Assembly (NCBI GenBank): GCA_023213395.1
Contig: CM041465.1
Coordinates: 76,825,741 to 76,889,740, forward strand
Direction of reading: 5' to 3'
DNA from: Cycas panzhihuaensis
Taxonomy: Eukaryota; Plantae; Cycadophyta
DNA length: 64,000 nucleotides
In this document: one piece after another, positions 1 through 14,100 of the stretch
Position numbering within the stretch: position 1 is the first letter of the stretch
How the letters are laid out: every line of letters begins with the position of its first letter
Notes under the pieces: generated by a model
What the model saw: only the letters and a program-made list of their open reading frames with translations
What the model was told of the DNA's origin: nothing
Databases searched by the model: none
Translations under genes and position numbers: made by a program

Positions 1-1833
1 TAGTTATTGCAACAGATTCTGCTTAAAACTTGGAAGGTACATTCTTACCATGCACTATACACCTTGTCATCTTTATCAAAGTATAATTCTTCCTTTTGAT
101 TATACCATTTTATTGTGAGGTATATAGGACAATTACATCCCGTTTAATACCATGAATAAGGTTGAACTGATTAAAGGCATTATTGTCATACTCCTTTCTA
201 TTATCACTCCTTAAAATCTTTATTTTCTTATTACATTCATTCTCAACATAAGCTTTCCATTCACAAAGTCTATCAAATGTATCATACTTATTCTTACCTA
301 GGCTTTTCTATTAAAATCATCTATAAACATAAGCACATAATGAGCACTTGAAATGAAAGGATTGGGTAATGAACCTATTAAATCCGTATAAACAAGTTCC
401 AACTTCTCTTTTGCCCTTCGTGCACTATCTTTAGCAAACGGGCAATGATGGTACTTTATATACATGCATCCTTCACAAATACCCTCTGAACATTAGACAT
501 GAGATAACCCTACCACCATCTTCAGTCTATTCATTAGGTTAATGCTTCTATAGTTAAGATGACCCAACTATTTATGCCATAACTTACTCATATCATCAAC
601 ATTAGTAACAAAAGTATAAGAATCCTGTTGGGCTCTAAATTTCTCAAATACCCAAAAGTTATCTTGCACTCTCTCAGTAGCAACAATAAAGAAGTCTTTC
701 TTAAGATCCTTAACTATGCATCTATTATATTAGAGCTTAATTTTTATACCTTGCTTATATATTTTTCAAGTTAAAAGAAGATTTAGCTTCATCTTAGGCA
801 TGAAATAGATACCCTTGAACTTACCACCTATAAGTGAGATAAATCTAATACCTTCTATAGATAAAACACTAGCATCCCCAATAATCACACTAATATTACT
901 TATGCCTATATCCATGGCATTACTATTTTACTTTTGATATGTGATATCTTTAAGTGCTTAAATCTAGGATCTAATAGTCTTTCTAGTTTGACTCAGATAA
1001 CAACATTAAAATCCTAATATAATATTCAACTACACTCTTTCCCTTACCATCTTAGTTTGTCTTATGCTTATCTTACCTCTTGAACCAATAATTCCTTTCC
1101 CTATGGCCATTTTTCTTGTAGTAATGACACTTACCATAAACTTCTTCTTCACTTGAGAGGTCTCACCTATTTTTTATATAGACTTACCTTCTTGAATCAC
1201 ATCCTTTCTTTGAATCTTCATAACCAAAGGTTAATTTGAACTAGACCTAGTAAGCATCCCATGATGTTTCAACTTAGTATCTTTTGCTAGAATTAGGTTT
1301 TTTAAGGACTTGAATGATTCACCTTCTATAGCTTTATTACTACCATAAATAATTTAGAAGGTTCCAAATATAGCCTACAACTTTGATATATATGGCAAAA
1401 AGCAAAGCATCATCTATTGAGTTTGACTTTAGTTCATTCAATATATTCCTCAAATCAATGATCTTATTCAAGAAATCACTAGTATTATTCTTAGCATCTA
1501 TTTTCACATTCAATAAATCCATCATAAAAGCACCACACTAATTAGTTTTCTTCTTTTCAAAAGTCTCACATAGTTTAGTATAGATCTCATGTGGGGTTTC
1601 AAGGTTATGGACTAAAACTCTTTGATCTAGGTCCAAAGATAACTTAAGTAATCCTACAACTATGAATTGCCTTTCATCACCATGAACACATTCTTTTTCA
1701 TCTAAGGAAACACTCAATGAAGGAGGTTTGGTAATCTCCTAAAGTTAGTTGAACATGAGGACTAGTTCCATATTTGCCTTCCACTCATTAAATTATTTTT
1801 ATTAAAGGTAACCAACGGGGCCAACTTCTCCAT
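1..1833 (-). pseudogene. Degenerate Ty1/copia gag-protease-integrase of element C1 (runs off the left edge)
   Basis: Minus-strand ATG at 1833 (MEKLAPLVTFN..EWKANMELVL). ORF 1340-1525 (..SIDDALLFA..) is homologous to the C6 gag at 40900-41121. LW..LGHL and integrase F*AES motifs lie toward position 1. Many stops and frameshifts. Confidence 0.85.
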
Positions 1834-3334
1834 GGCTTACTAGAACAATAAACCAAGAACCTAAAACCAATGTCTGACAAGTAAAATTCCCTTAAACAAC
1901 AGTCTATTTAATCACCTAATGTGTAACACTACCCTGATAATCACTTAACACAAAACAAGTCAATGAATTGCTAAAAAAACCAATTTGAACTCCACAAGTT
2001 TGACTGCAAAACACACTATTTAAAAAAATTAAATATCCACTCCTCTGAATCAATGTAAACAATGCAGTGATAATAATACCTCTATTTTTACCTAAAAATA
2101 ATTATGTAATAATAATAAAAAAAAACCCCTCTTTATTGATAAGAAATGCACAATGAAAATTTTTGATCATGTAACAATATTTATACTGCAACATTACCCA
2201 ACCAGTCTTCTTCAATACCCAAACATATTACCTTATTCATGATGCCTTTATCTTTATATAAATACACACTAAAACTTTATACCTTAAAGTTGGCAAAGCA
2301 TATATAAAAAAGGTGATTCAAGACTTTGAAAATAAAGTGATATAAAAAATATTAAAGAGATAATAACTGCCCATTATCAAAGTCAATTTATTAATGATGA
2401 AATACCAAAATTGACTTTTTAAGAAATGACATTGCATAAAATAATATTAACAGTTGGCAACTATATGCAGAATATATTTAGCATTTGCGACAATGTAAAT
2501 GCATCAAAATAATACCACATGCTATATAAATCAACTATGATTGATCGAGTGACTACATTCAAGCCATACAAAGGCAAAACGTGCCTTTCACATACAAAAA
2601 ACAAACAACAGTACTGATAATATTTTCTAAAAATGATTGTTGTATCATCAACCTTCTATGTTAACTTATAAACAGACAAAAGCAATTAATAATATATATA
2701 ATGCACATGCAAATCACTCAAAATAGTGTAGTCAAAGGGGTGTTGGTATTTAAAATAGTGACATAATTTACATTCATGTAGCTTGAGAACAAGTAGGGTA
2801 AAGCATACAATATTAAAACGATAAGAGAATACCTTGATGATTGAGTTAGAAAATTAAGATTATGAGCCTTGTAATATTCAGACAGTTCCCTTGCTAGCTA
2901 ATGTTATCTCTTTCATCATCTTTATATAATTCAATAGCCCAACGTACTGGTTATAAGCCAACACCCACTCTCTATGGAGTGTTCAATCATCTCATGAATG
3001 TCAAATCTCTCGATCAGCTTCAATTTGGTAGAAAATAAGACTCTTGCCTAACACCTGAGTAAACAAAGGTTATATCTATAGAACCAAGGGCACCAACATT
3101 GTTTCACATTTGAATACCTATATAAAATAACTGTGCACTCCTCTACACACCTCCAAGAATCAAGGAGTTCTTGTAAAACAGATAATAGAAGCAATGAGGG
3201 GTGTGCACATGATCATTGCACCCTGTAGCTCACCTAGTGGTTGTGTACTACCATGAGCTCTTATACTATGGTAGAAACACCGAATAACCAGATAAAGTAT
3301 GTATACAATAAGCAAATCAGGAATAAGTATGTAG

Positions 3335-3657
3335 TAGAGGGATAATAACCATCCCCGACATATGTGTGCACGCACCTAGGGCCCCCAAAAGCCACCTAGA
3401 GCTGCCTAAAGCCCACCGAAGCCAACATGCAACTATTTGTGAGTATACTAAGGTAAGTATTATGTTTATTTTATTTATTTTATTATTATTATTTTTAATT
3501 ATCAGTTAAAGGTATTTACTGCCTCCCTAAAACTATTTATACTATGGGGATACCTCCATGGTGTTTTTTAACACTGCCAACTATTCAGAAATGGATATTA
3601 ACTCAAATATGGATTCTACTTTATAATCTATGACTTGCTCTACTCCTTACACTTTCA
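3335..3657 (+). repeat. 5' LTR of C2
   Basis: Direct repeat of 11715-12037; ends in CA and is followed by the PBS. Confidence 0.9.
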
Positions 3658-6235
3658 TTTGGTAGCAGAGCACTAATCTACCTTCATAATAAGTAAATAT
3701 TTAATGCTACATCACTTTTATATAGGTTTATTAATATTTTTATATAGTTTTTTATTAGTATTTGGTTATAATTAATACATATGCTCCATTTAATCAGCAT
3801 TTCATTAGTTTTTTGTAGCTATAGTATGCGTATTCATCCCAACAATCATTTGGTATAATTATTTTAAAGTTTTGTTTGATATTTTAAAAGATTTTAATCA
3901 ATTTTTATTAACTTTTTAAAGGATTTTTTATGTTCCTGAACTTTAGCAGGCTGGTCTGATCTCTACACAACTTAGAACCACACAAAGTGACCACTTGTGA
4001 GATTCATCTTTGAGTCTTCTATGCTCTAGAAAATACAGTTTGAAAAACTCACTCCTATGGTGAGTTATAGCTCCTAAAACCCTAATGTATCTCGCTATCT
4101 ACTGAAACCCCATGCATTAAAGTTAAAATTATTTTGTTTGGCTTTGTTTGTCACTAGTTTTCTCTAAAACTTGGTAGCAAGGTATTTTCAAGCCTTTAGA
4201 ATTTGTTCGTGATATTTTTTTAGCCTTATTTTAGTCGTATGACCCCTGCACCCTCCATGGTTTATCGATATTTGGCAATCTTGTTCTCAGTTTGTAATTA
4301 TCTATTTCTCATGAAATTTTAGGGGCCATAGGCATTAGCAACAAGCTACCCCTCAAATTTTATCATATTTTGTGGCCCTAGTGAGAAGATCAAGCTCCCA
4401 GAGTGACCATTATCTGTGCACCCTCTGTTCATGTCATTTTTTAATATTATATATTAAAAAATCATTTTTTTGAGAATATCTCTCATTGATCTTATCTCCA
4501 AATATGTGGCACCCCCTCCAACAATAGTCTTGATCAATTATAAGGCTGTTAAGATCAATTTTTTAATGACAAAATCATTTATGTGTCCTTTGTCCACCAT
4601 GTGATTTGTATGAGCTATTTTTCCATAAAAAATCTCTTTTTTTTTGCTAATTTTTTCTTTAATATCCTCTGTGGGTCTGTGGCACCCCCCTTTGCATTAA
4701 TCTAGATTGATTTTAGACATTTTTTTCATCTATTTTGAATGATAATAGTTACCTCTGTGTGTCACTATCTTTACAACTGTCAAAATTTCATTCAAAATTT
4801 TATTTTTTTCAAAGGTTTGATCTTAACTTAATTGAATTTGAAATTGATTTAGAATCTAGCACTTTATTTTGGGCTTAGCTTACTCAAATCAGCCAGCCCC
4901 TGGTCCCATTTGGTCTCCACATGACCATGATCTTTGACAGACCCCAAATATCATTAAGTTCGTTTAAATTTTTTTGTATTTTCAAAAAGTATATTAGTTA
5001 TTTGATAATTTTTTAAGATCTCGAGCCCCCTTAGGATTATATTCATCGGTTCCATGGCTCCTCATGTAACCAACATCCTATTACAAAAGGGGCTAAACCT
5101 CAATATATACATATTTTTGTTGTTTGACTTTTTACCTAAAGAAGATTGTTTACATTTTCGACCATATCTTAGTGATGGGGAGTTGGTTTTTCATTCTACT
5201 AGACTCATTGGATTCCTGACTCAGAGATCTATAGTTTGGAGTCCTTATTTTCTTGATTTGAGCCATTATTTATAGAGTTTGATCAAGTTGAAGTTGACCT
5301 TCATTTATTACTCATATTTCATTAGCCATAAATAGGTCTTTTTATCATTTCCTTAATAACTTGAGTTCTACAACTCTATTTCTCAAGCAATCTAAATCGT
5401 TGGAAATGATTTTTAGAGCTCTTCACAATAGAATATGTTTCATCTTATTTTGACATCATTTTATAGGTCATTGATATCCCTCAAGTGAAGGCTCTGTTTT
5501 GATCCTAATTGGACACTTTTAGAGATATTTTGAGCCAAATTTTCTTTCCAACTAAATATATTTGACTAATATTTATATATTAACTAATTATTGATGATGT
5601 TTGCTAGTGTTTATAAGATTTATAAGCTATTTTGCATCCTTTTAATAGCCTTTTTATCTTTTGGAGCAGTAGAAGCTCTATTTAGACCAAAAACCATAAA
5701 CAGGTACATCTTATCTTATTATTTTCTTTCCATTACATCTAAAAGTAAATCTAAGTGACTTTTTTACTTGTTTAAGAAGTTTTCTTTGAGTGTTTATGCT
5801 TATTTAAAACTATTTACCTTCTTCAATACTTTAAAAGGTACACCTTGTTTACAAAAGAATCCAACTAAAGAGCTCACTTTTATTTTACTTACATTACATC
5901 TAAAAGAACTTTACAAGCAATCTTATGTACTTTGAGCTCATTATTCCATAAGTTGAAGGAACTTTTATTTGCATTAAGGCCCTCATATCTCTTAAAATTA
6001 TGTAAGTATATCATTGCATAAGTTATTGGTATAGTTTTGATTCTTTCAAGTTTTAAGGCTCCTTTTATTCAAGGATATCATTGTACCTTTATTTATATCA
6101 TCTTGTATTATAAGGTCTCTTATATGCATCATTGTTGAAAAGATTATAAGCCATTTATATTAATCATTTTAGAAAAGGATTATAAGTTTTGTCTTTATTT
6201 CTTAAAAAAACTCATTAGTTTTAAATGTTGATTAG

Positions 6236-6410
6236 CTATCTTGATTGAAAGAATATTCAAAGATTGAAGGGCTCATCTCCTTAATTGAAAGAGTATTTGA
6301 GCATTTGAAAAGAGCATCTCCTTGATTAAAAGGGTATTTAGGCATTTGAAAAGGTATATCTTATTAGTTGAAAGAGTATTTGAGCATTTGAAAATATCAT
6401 CTCCTTGATT
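6236..6410 (+). repeat. ~41-bp degenerate tandem repeat (~4 copies) in the C2 leader
   Basis: Recurring unit approximately CATCTCCTTGATTGAAAGAGTATTTGAGCATTTGAAAAGAG. Confidence 0.75.
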
Positions 6411-7467
6411 CACTTACTTATAGATTGTTATTGACTTATTGAAAGTGAATGCATTCTCATTGAAAGCTGATTTACCTTTTTAAAGAGTTTCTTTTTCTGA
6501 AAGATAAAGATTGCATAAGAAAATCTTGCTTGTATTTCTTTGTTAAGATATCTTCACATTAAGGCATTCAATTGAAAAACTATATATATATCTTTCAGCT
6601 TTCTTTCTTTCTAAGCAAGTTATTTTATTATTCAAGGAGAATTTTTTAAAATTTAAGGAGAATAATTGCATACTTACATCTATTCAAAGGAAATAGTTTA
6701 ATCTTTAATTTTATTTCTCATAGTGAGTTGATTCTAAAGTATTGATTATATTTTCATTTATAATTATATTTAGTCCTACTTATTTTAAGTTCATTTATTT
6801 CTTAATATCAAAGGGAATATTTTATTGTTTAATAAAGACCATACCTAATATTTATTATTCTCACATTAAACAAGATAATCACCTGAATAAACTACCTATT
6901 GTTTTAGCCTTACAAGGGAAACGATTAGAACCCCTGAAGTTACCACCACACACACATCTTTGGCCTACTCATATTATATGAGGAACGTCACTAGCTATCA
7001 TGTCCATTAGGTAAAAGGCTGAGGTGTAGAACCTATCTATATTTAGAGTTTAGAGACCAAGGCTAGACCTAGAGAGGGTGAGTACCTTGGTTAGCAACGC
7101 CGTCACTACTAGATCTGTTGCTAGGCATAAGACCAATGCAGGTAGACACACAAATCAAGGGGGTTTTGACACCTTCTTAGTAACTTATGTATTAAGGTAT
7201 ATTGATCCTAGAGCTCAAGTAACGATATATTAGGTCCTTGGTTTGCTACTTGTAGGCAGGCGCCACTAGACATGATAAAAATTGAAGGCTTCCCTTGGAG
7301 ACACTTAGACTTAGAGCCTAGAAACCTTTGTAGGGACTAAGACACTCATTAAACACTTAGGAAAACTTTATAACTTTATTTTCACTTAAATTTTTAAACC
7401 TTATTTAGAAATTATATCTTCAAGGGTATTCTTATTAAAGGACTTAGCAAAACCTAGTTAAGACATA

Positions 7468-10400
7468 ATGGCATCCAACTTTGGTAATATGATTATCCCC
7501 AAATGATGGTTCTAATTTTCTAAATTATAGTAGGAGGATGAGACCAATCCTCATAGATAACGAAATGTGGGATATTATGAAAATAGGGCCTACTAAATTA
7601 GGGCAAAACCTAATAGATCTTGAGAAGCTAACATATAAAGCAAATGCTAAAAAAGATAATGAAGTGCACTTACATTGATATTTTGTACATTTAAAGACCA
7701 TATATTTCAAAGAGTCAGTGAATCAGTAACATCCAAAGAGGATTTGAATACTTTGTAGTTGACTTATAAAGGGGTTGTCTCATCAAAATTACAGACCCTA
7801 AGAAGTAAATTTGAGAATCTTAGGATGATGTTAAATAAATCTGTAATTGATTTTATGACAAAGGTACAAGACATGGTCAATTAAATGAGATCACTTGGGG
7901 TTACTTTGACTGAACAAAAAGTAGTTAAATAAATCTTAAGATGCATTAGTATTATTAAGAGATTTAAAATATTAGCTACTAGCATTGATGTATCAAAAGA
8001 CTTAAGTGTATTGAAAACAGAGCAACTAAGTACCCTCTTGAGGGTAGTTGAGAAACAACAAAATACTAATGAATCTCTTGAACATGCTTTTGCTACTAAA
8101 ATATGAATACAATCTAATTCTCAAATGGGTACCTGTAAGACTAGGGATCAATCCCTAAAAGGAAGAAATAGGAACCCTAGATAAAATGTGTATTAAGACA
8201 GACAACCTAAATATCAAGCTCCATACCAAAGAAGACAAGGAGCTAATCTAAGGAATACTAGCCATGATAGGTACCAAAGGCAAGAAAGAAATTATGGGAC
8301 AAGTCAATATTATCCAAATTATCAACGTGACATACCACATCAAAGGACTAATCTCACTTATCTAAATAACAAACAAATAGAGACTCAAGCTCCATTCCTA
8401 GAAAGGAGGATACCATCTTATGTTGATAGGTCCTATCCTTGTAGCAAGAGCCTAAGTTTTAGAAGAAGAGATTCATCTTATTATACCTTTTGCAATCATG
8501 TTAGCCATACGAAAGACAAATGCTTTGCTAAATATGGTCCACTAAATAAGGGAAGTGCCAATACTATTATGAAAGTAAGATAGGATAATCATATTTTTCT
8601 ATCTATTTTTATTGCCCATAGAGATAAGGATGATAGTTAGTACGCTAATTCAAGTTGTTCCACTTACATGACATACAAAGAGTATCTATTAAGTACTTTA
8701 GACAGAACAAAAAAGGGATCAATTATGTTTGGTGATGATACCTCCCATAAGTCCATTGAAAGAGGCAATATAGTGTTACAAACAGAATCAGGAAACTCTT
8801 GATACCTTGATGATGTACTTTATGTGCCAACCCTTAAGAAAAACATTCTATATGTAGGATAAATGATGGGCTAGGATTACAAGATAATATTTAATAATGG
8901 AGAATGTACTGTTAAAGATAAAAGAAGAAACAAGGCTATTGTAGCCAAAGGAAAATGACTAAGAATAGACTCTTCAAACTAATCCTTACTCTTGACAATT
9001 ATGCTTTAAAAATATCAATAAAGCTTGATAGTGACATATGGCATAAGAGATTTAGTCACTTGAGTTGCATAAGTCTAGAACTAATGAAGAGGATGGATAT
9101 GGTATATGGGTTACCATATATTCATGTTGATAAAAGTATTTGTGAAGGACGCCTTCTTAGAAAATAGCATAGGGAAAGTTTTCTAGACAATAACTATAGA
9201 GCCAATGGACCTCTCTAATTAGTATACATAGATATTTTTGGTCCTATGGATTTTCCCTCATTGGAAGGAGCTTAATATTTTATTACATTCATCGATGATT
9301 TTATAAGGAAAACATGGGTTTATTACCTTGAATTTAAGTCAAATAGTTTTCAACACTTTTTCGATTTCAAAACCTATATGGAGAGATAAAGTGGATATAA
9401 AATACTCTCTCTATAATCAGATAATTGGGGAGAGTTCATTTCAAACAAATTCAAAGCTTATTATATTCATCTTGAAATCAGGAGATAGCTTATAAATCCC
9501 CACAACCCCCAATAAAACGGTGTAATAAATATGAAGAACTGCACTATAGTCAAAATAGCTAGGTGTATGTTAAAAGATAAGAGATTAAGACATGAATTTT
9601 AGGCTGAAGCAATTCACACAACTGTCTACTTAATCAATAGGTATACCACCAAAGCACTAAGGTGGAAAACTCTTAAAGAAGCTTGGACTGGATACAAGCC
9701 TAGTATCCATCACTTAAGAGTTTTTGGATGGTTAGCCTATGCATATGTACCTAAACAAAGAGGATTCAAGCTTGATGATTGTAGCATTAAATGCATATTC
9801 ATTAGGTACAGTGATGCTCAAAATCTTACAAAGTTTATGATTCTAAATCTCAAAAGGTCATGGTGAGTCCAGATATTAAATTTCAAGAAGATGACTATTA
9901 CCACATTGATGATGCTCAAAATAAAGAGAATGGTATGATGATTAATCTTAATTCTACTAAGTCTAAATATATGCCACCTAGGCATGAATTAAGGCAAACC
10001 ATTGATATATTGAGTGGGGAGGAAACCACTTTTCAACCTCCACCACAAAGACTACCAAAATGGGTTAAAAAAAATCATGATATGAATAACATTTTGGATA
10101 ATAACTACAATTAGAGATCTACTCGTGCACATAGGATAAACTTTGCCCTCATGAGTTAATTTATAGAAACCCACGAGCCTCAAACCTTTGATGAAGCTAA
10201 TACATATGCTTCTTAGAGAAAGGCAATGGAGGAAGAATATAACTCCATCATTAAAAATGATACTTAGAAATTGGTTGACTTACCTCCTAATGAAAAGGTA
10301 ATTGGTACCAAGTAGATTTATAAAACTAAGTTCTGAGCTGACAGATCAATTGATAAATATAAAGCTAGATTAGTAGCCAAAGGCTATGCACAAAGAGAAG

Positions 10401-11700
10401 GTATTAATTATAGTGAAACATTTGTCTCTGTTGCATGAATAGAAATCGTAAGCATGATGATGAGCTTGGCAGCTCAAATGGGATGGAATGTTTATCAAAT
10501 AGACGTCAAAAATACTTTCCTTAATAGATACATTAAAGAGGATATTTATGTCTCTTAATCCCTCAGTTTGAAGTTAGGGGAGAAGAAGACAAAGTATATA
10601 AACGTAAAAGGCACTTTACGGTTTGAAACAAGTACTCAGGGCTTGGTATTCTTACATTGACAAATACTTCAGAGATCAAGATTTTAAAAGGTCTCAATCA
10701 TACCCAAACTTGTGTATCAAAATCAAGGGAGATTTTACTCTAATTGTGGAACTCTACATAGATGACTTTGTCTACACTCGAAATGATCCCCACCTTTTGT
10801 AAACCTTTAAGGAAGCCATGTGTAAAGAATTTGAAATGATAAATTTGGGATTAATGCATTACTTCCTAGGTTTGGAAGTATGGCAGGATGAAAATGACAT
10901 CTTCATCTCTCAAAGGAAGTACATATTGGACTTATTATGAAAGTTCAAGATGACCGATTGCAAACCTTTAGTAACTTTAGCTGAAATTGGGATCAAACTA
11001 TATAAACTTGATGATTCTGCACCTGTTGATCCTACACTTTACAGATAGTTAATTGGTAGTTTGATTTACTTAACTTCTACTTGATCGAATATCATACATT
11101 CAGTTAACGTAGTAACTAGATTTATGCAAGACCCCAAGACTACTCACTGATAACTAGTGAAAAGGATTCTACGATATCTCAAAGGCACTATAGAATATAA
11201 GTTACATTATGTAGCTTCACTAAATTTCATATTGTCATGATATACAAATTCAGATTGGGCAGGTGACATTGACGACATAAAATCTACTTTAGGTTACACT
11301 TTTAGTATAGGTTCAATAGCCATAGCTTGGAGCACCAAGAAGCAAAATATCGTTTCTTTATCTATAGCTAAAGTAGAATATAAAGTAGCAGTCTCTGGCA
11401 CATCTAAAATAATTTGGCTTTGATGAGTTCTACAAGACTTTCAAATTGAACATAAGGGACCAACTAAAATACAGTGTGATAATCGAAGTACTATTCAAAT
11501 GACCCATAATCATGTATTTCATGGAAAAACAAAGCACATAGAAACTTAGCACTACTTCATCAAAAAATTAGTTCAAGCAGGTGAGATCGAGTTGGTATAT
11601 TGCAGTACATAAGATCAAACAATAGATATATTTACAAAGGTATTGGGAAAGATCAAATTTCACAAATTCAAGGACAAGCTTGGAGTTATATACAATGGCC
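7468..11700 (+). pseudogene. C2 gag-pol (gag, Zn knuckle, protease, integrase, RT, RNase H) with many stops
   Basis: ATG at 7468 (MASNFGNMIIP). Motifs: KLQTLRSKFENLRM; CNHVSHTKDKC; WHKRFSHL; FIDDF; [16 protein letters not shown]; SDWAGD; KHIE..HYF; DIFTK. Integrase precedes RT, the copia order. Confidence 0.92.
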
Positions 11701-11714
11701 ATTATGGAGGAGAA

Positions 11715-12037
11715 TGTTGGGATACTGGCCATCCTCAACATGTGTGTGCATACACCTAGGGCCCCTAAAAGCCACCTAGAGCTATCTAAAGCCTACCAGA
11801 GCTGACATGTAGCCATTTGTGAGTATACCAAGGTAAGTATTATGTTTATTTTACTTAAATTATTATTATTATTTTGAATTGTTAGGTAGAGATGTTTACT
11901 GCCTTCCTAAAACTATTTATACTATGGAGATACCTCCCTGGTGTTTTTTAACACCGCTAACTATTCGAAAGTGGATATTAACTCAAATATGGATTCCACT
12001 TTACAATCTATGGCCTGATCTACTCCTCGTGCCTTCA
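11715..12037 (+). repeat. 3' LTR of C2
   Basis: TG...CA termini, preceded by the PPT and followed by TSD TGTAG. Confidence 0.9.
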
Positions 12038-12299
12038 TGTAGAAAAAATTATGTGAGAAACTTGGCAATTAAAATCCACCACCAAACATAGATTACATTG
12101 ATATAGAATCGTGTCTTATAAATGGACTTCAGATCTTTATTTATTGATTAGTAAGTGCCTCAAATGTATAGATATTGATTATATCCATCAGCCCAAATAA
12201 TATCATAAATATTAAATTATAAGTTCACACAAACTATCACCATAATTATATTAGTTGGGTAACACCACTTTAACATGATGTAAGAGATCAATTTGACCT

Positions 12300-14100
12300 T
12301 TGTCTATTTTTAGGTGAAGTATTTAAGGCGTGACTATACTTGCCTGAAGGCCTCTCTTATGGCTTCAAGCTTCTCTTCTTAAGGGGTTAGGTATTCTCCT
12401 CATATTTACTCTTCTGATCCTTTGGTATTCTTGATTTTTTATTAGTTCTCTTCTCTTGCTTGTTCTATTTCTTATTTATGTTTTTTCTTTCTCATTTGTT
12501 TTGTGTTTCCCTCCTCTCCTTCCTTGTTTGTTCCTTCGGGAAGTTTTTTGTTCTTTCAAGGGTTTGTTCCCTTCTAGATCATATGTTTTCTAACATCTCT
12601 TCTAGGTTGGTATGAGCCCTAATTTGGTCTCTTCTTGACCTTTTGGTTGTTACCTTTTGTTGTCTAGTTGGTCTCTTGATCTTGGGATCTATGTGGGTGT
12701 GATCTCCTTTTACTCCCGTGTGGTGTTACAACTTGGTTTGCCTTAGTCAGGCCCTTTGGGTTAATATTGCTCATCTCTTCACTTGTTTTGCTAAGGTTTG
12801 TACAATTCTCTCTATTCCTTCAAGGGTTTGTTTGACTTCATTTGTGGTAGTGCAAGTTGGTTATGGTGATTAGTGTGATGATTGAGTTATTGGAGTTGGG
12901 TATGATATGTTGATGGTGAGCATTGGTGGCCAAGTTCATTAGTGTCCCCTAGCAAAAGTAAGTCCTTTATATGTTTAGTTTGGATAGTTCTAAGGTTGTG
13001 ATGCTCTTTGGATATCAACAAAAGTGAATCTTAGTTGCTCGATGATTGGGACATGGGTGGTTTCATTAATATTTCATGCTTACTCCTCTTTGCTTATGGA
13101 TATTCTTAGGGGTGGTAAGCATTTTTAGTATGGTAGTGGTGGTAATGGTTGTTGGTCTAGGTGAGTGCCTTAAGTAGTTACAACTTTCTTGTGTGGCCTC
13201 TTATTGTCAGTATATTAGTATATGGTTCACTACTCTAGGAACAATGGATTAATATCTTTATCCTCATTAGAATAGAGGCAATTGGATCAACAATTTGCTC
13301 CCGCTAGTTCTTTCTTTCTATCTTACCAATTTGCAATGATTTAGTCAAATGGATAGAGCATTCTGAATCTATGAAAATTAATTTAAAAGTGTGGAGTATT
13401 TATTTGATGTTAGAGGCTTGTTAGTTTGGTGATAATATATTTTTGGCACTATTGCATTGATGTTTAGTGCCTAGTGTTGATCATTATCCCAAGGTAGATT
13501 GATGATGTTTGGATCAACTCACTTTTGAGTACTAGTTTAACATAGACATTATCTACCTAGTGTTCATCATCTTAAGGCATTTGTTTGAATACCTCCTTCC
13601 AAAGCCTAGTGTTTAGTGTTAGAGGAGTTCAACCTTGTTTGGGAGATTTGTTAATTACTATTGGGATCTTGTTATTTTTATTTAGTGATTATGTTTTTTA
13701 ATCAATTCATCAGTAAGGTTAGTATACCCTATGGAAAAATACCTTAGGCTATTGCAGCTTGGTCCATCTCTAATTTTGCTTGTGTAGATTCAAACCATCA
13801 ATAGTCATATACATTGATTTAGTAATGGTTGTCTAATCATAATAAATGACAATGTTGATTATCTACTAGTCTTGCATGCTTTGCATTTTAAAGGAGATAT
13901 CTTCTGGATTGGTGAAGTTATATGATAATGTGTCAATTAATAATGGTATGCTAGTGTCTCGAGTGAGTAGTTGACTCAAGTCTTTCAATGATGACTCCAA
14001 CACTATTGGACTAATGTTGTTGTTAATCTACCTTTTCTATTCAATCATCCTACTTGTTGGACATTGCATATTCGACATCACTCTATGTTGAGCATATTTC
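12300..14100 (+). mobile_element. Highly decayed Ty3/gypsy-like pol remnant
   Basis: Frameshifted motif remnants HYP..IDDV.DQL (~13482-13520) and VRGVQPCLG.FVNYY (~13618-13662) resemble gypsy RT YPLPxIDDLLDQL and VQSFLGFANYY. Boundaries are unclear. Confidence 0.4.

Larger units (their letters stand above)
3335..12037 (+). mobile_element. Full-length decayed Ty1/copia element C2 with a ~3.8 kb 5' leader
   Basis: LTRs 3335-3657 and 11715-12037 (~323 bp, clearly alignable but diverged). PBS TGGTAGCAGAGC at 3660. PPT GGAGGAGAA before 11715. Perfect 5-bp TSD TGTAG (3330-3334 and 12038-12042). Confidence 0.93.
1..12275 (-). mobile_element. Ty1/copia element C1; 5' LTR (3269-3334 plus 12043-12275) split by insertion of C2
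   Basis: Degenerate tRNA-iMet PBS (plus GCTCTTATACTA, 3257-3268) adjoins TG at 3269. The LTR resumes after the C2 TSD and ends ..CCACTTTAACA at 12275 (minus TGTTAAAGTGG, like the C6 LTR start TGTTAGAGTGG). It shares GTGGTGGATTTT with the C6 3' LTR. Confidence 0.7.
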
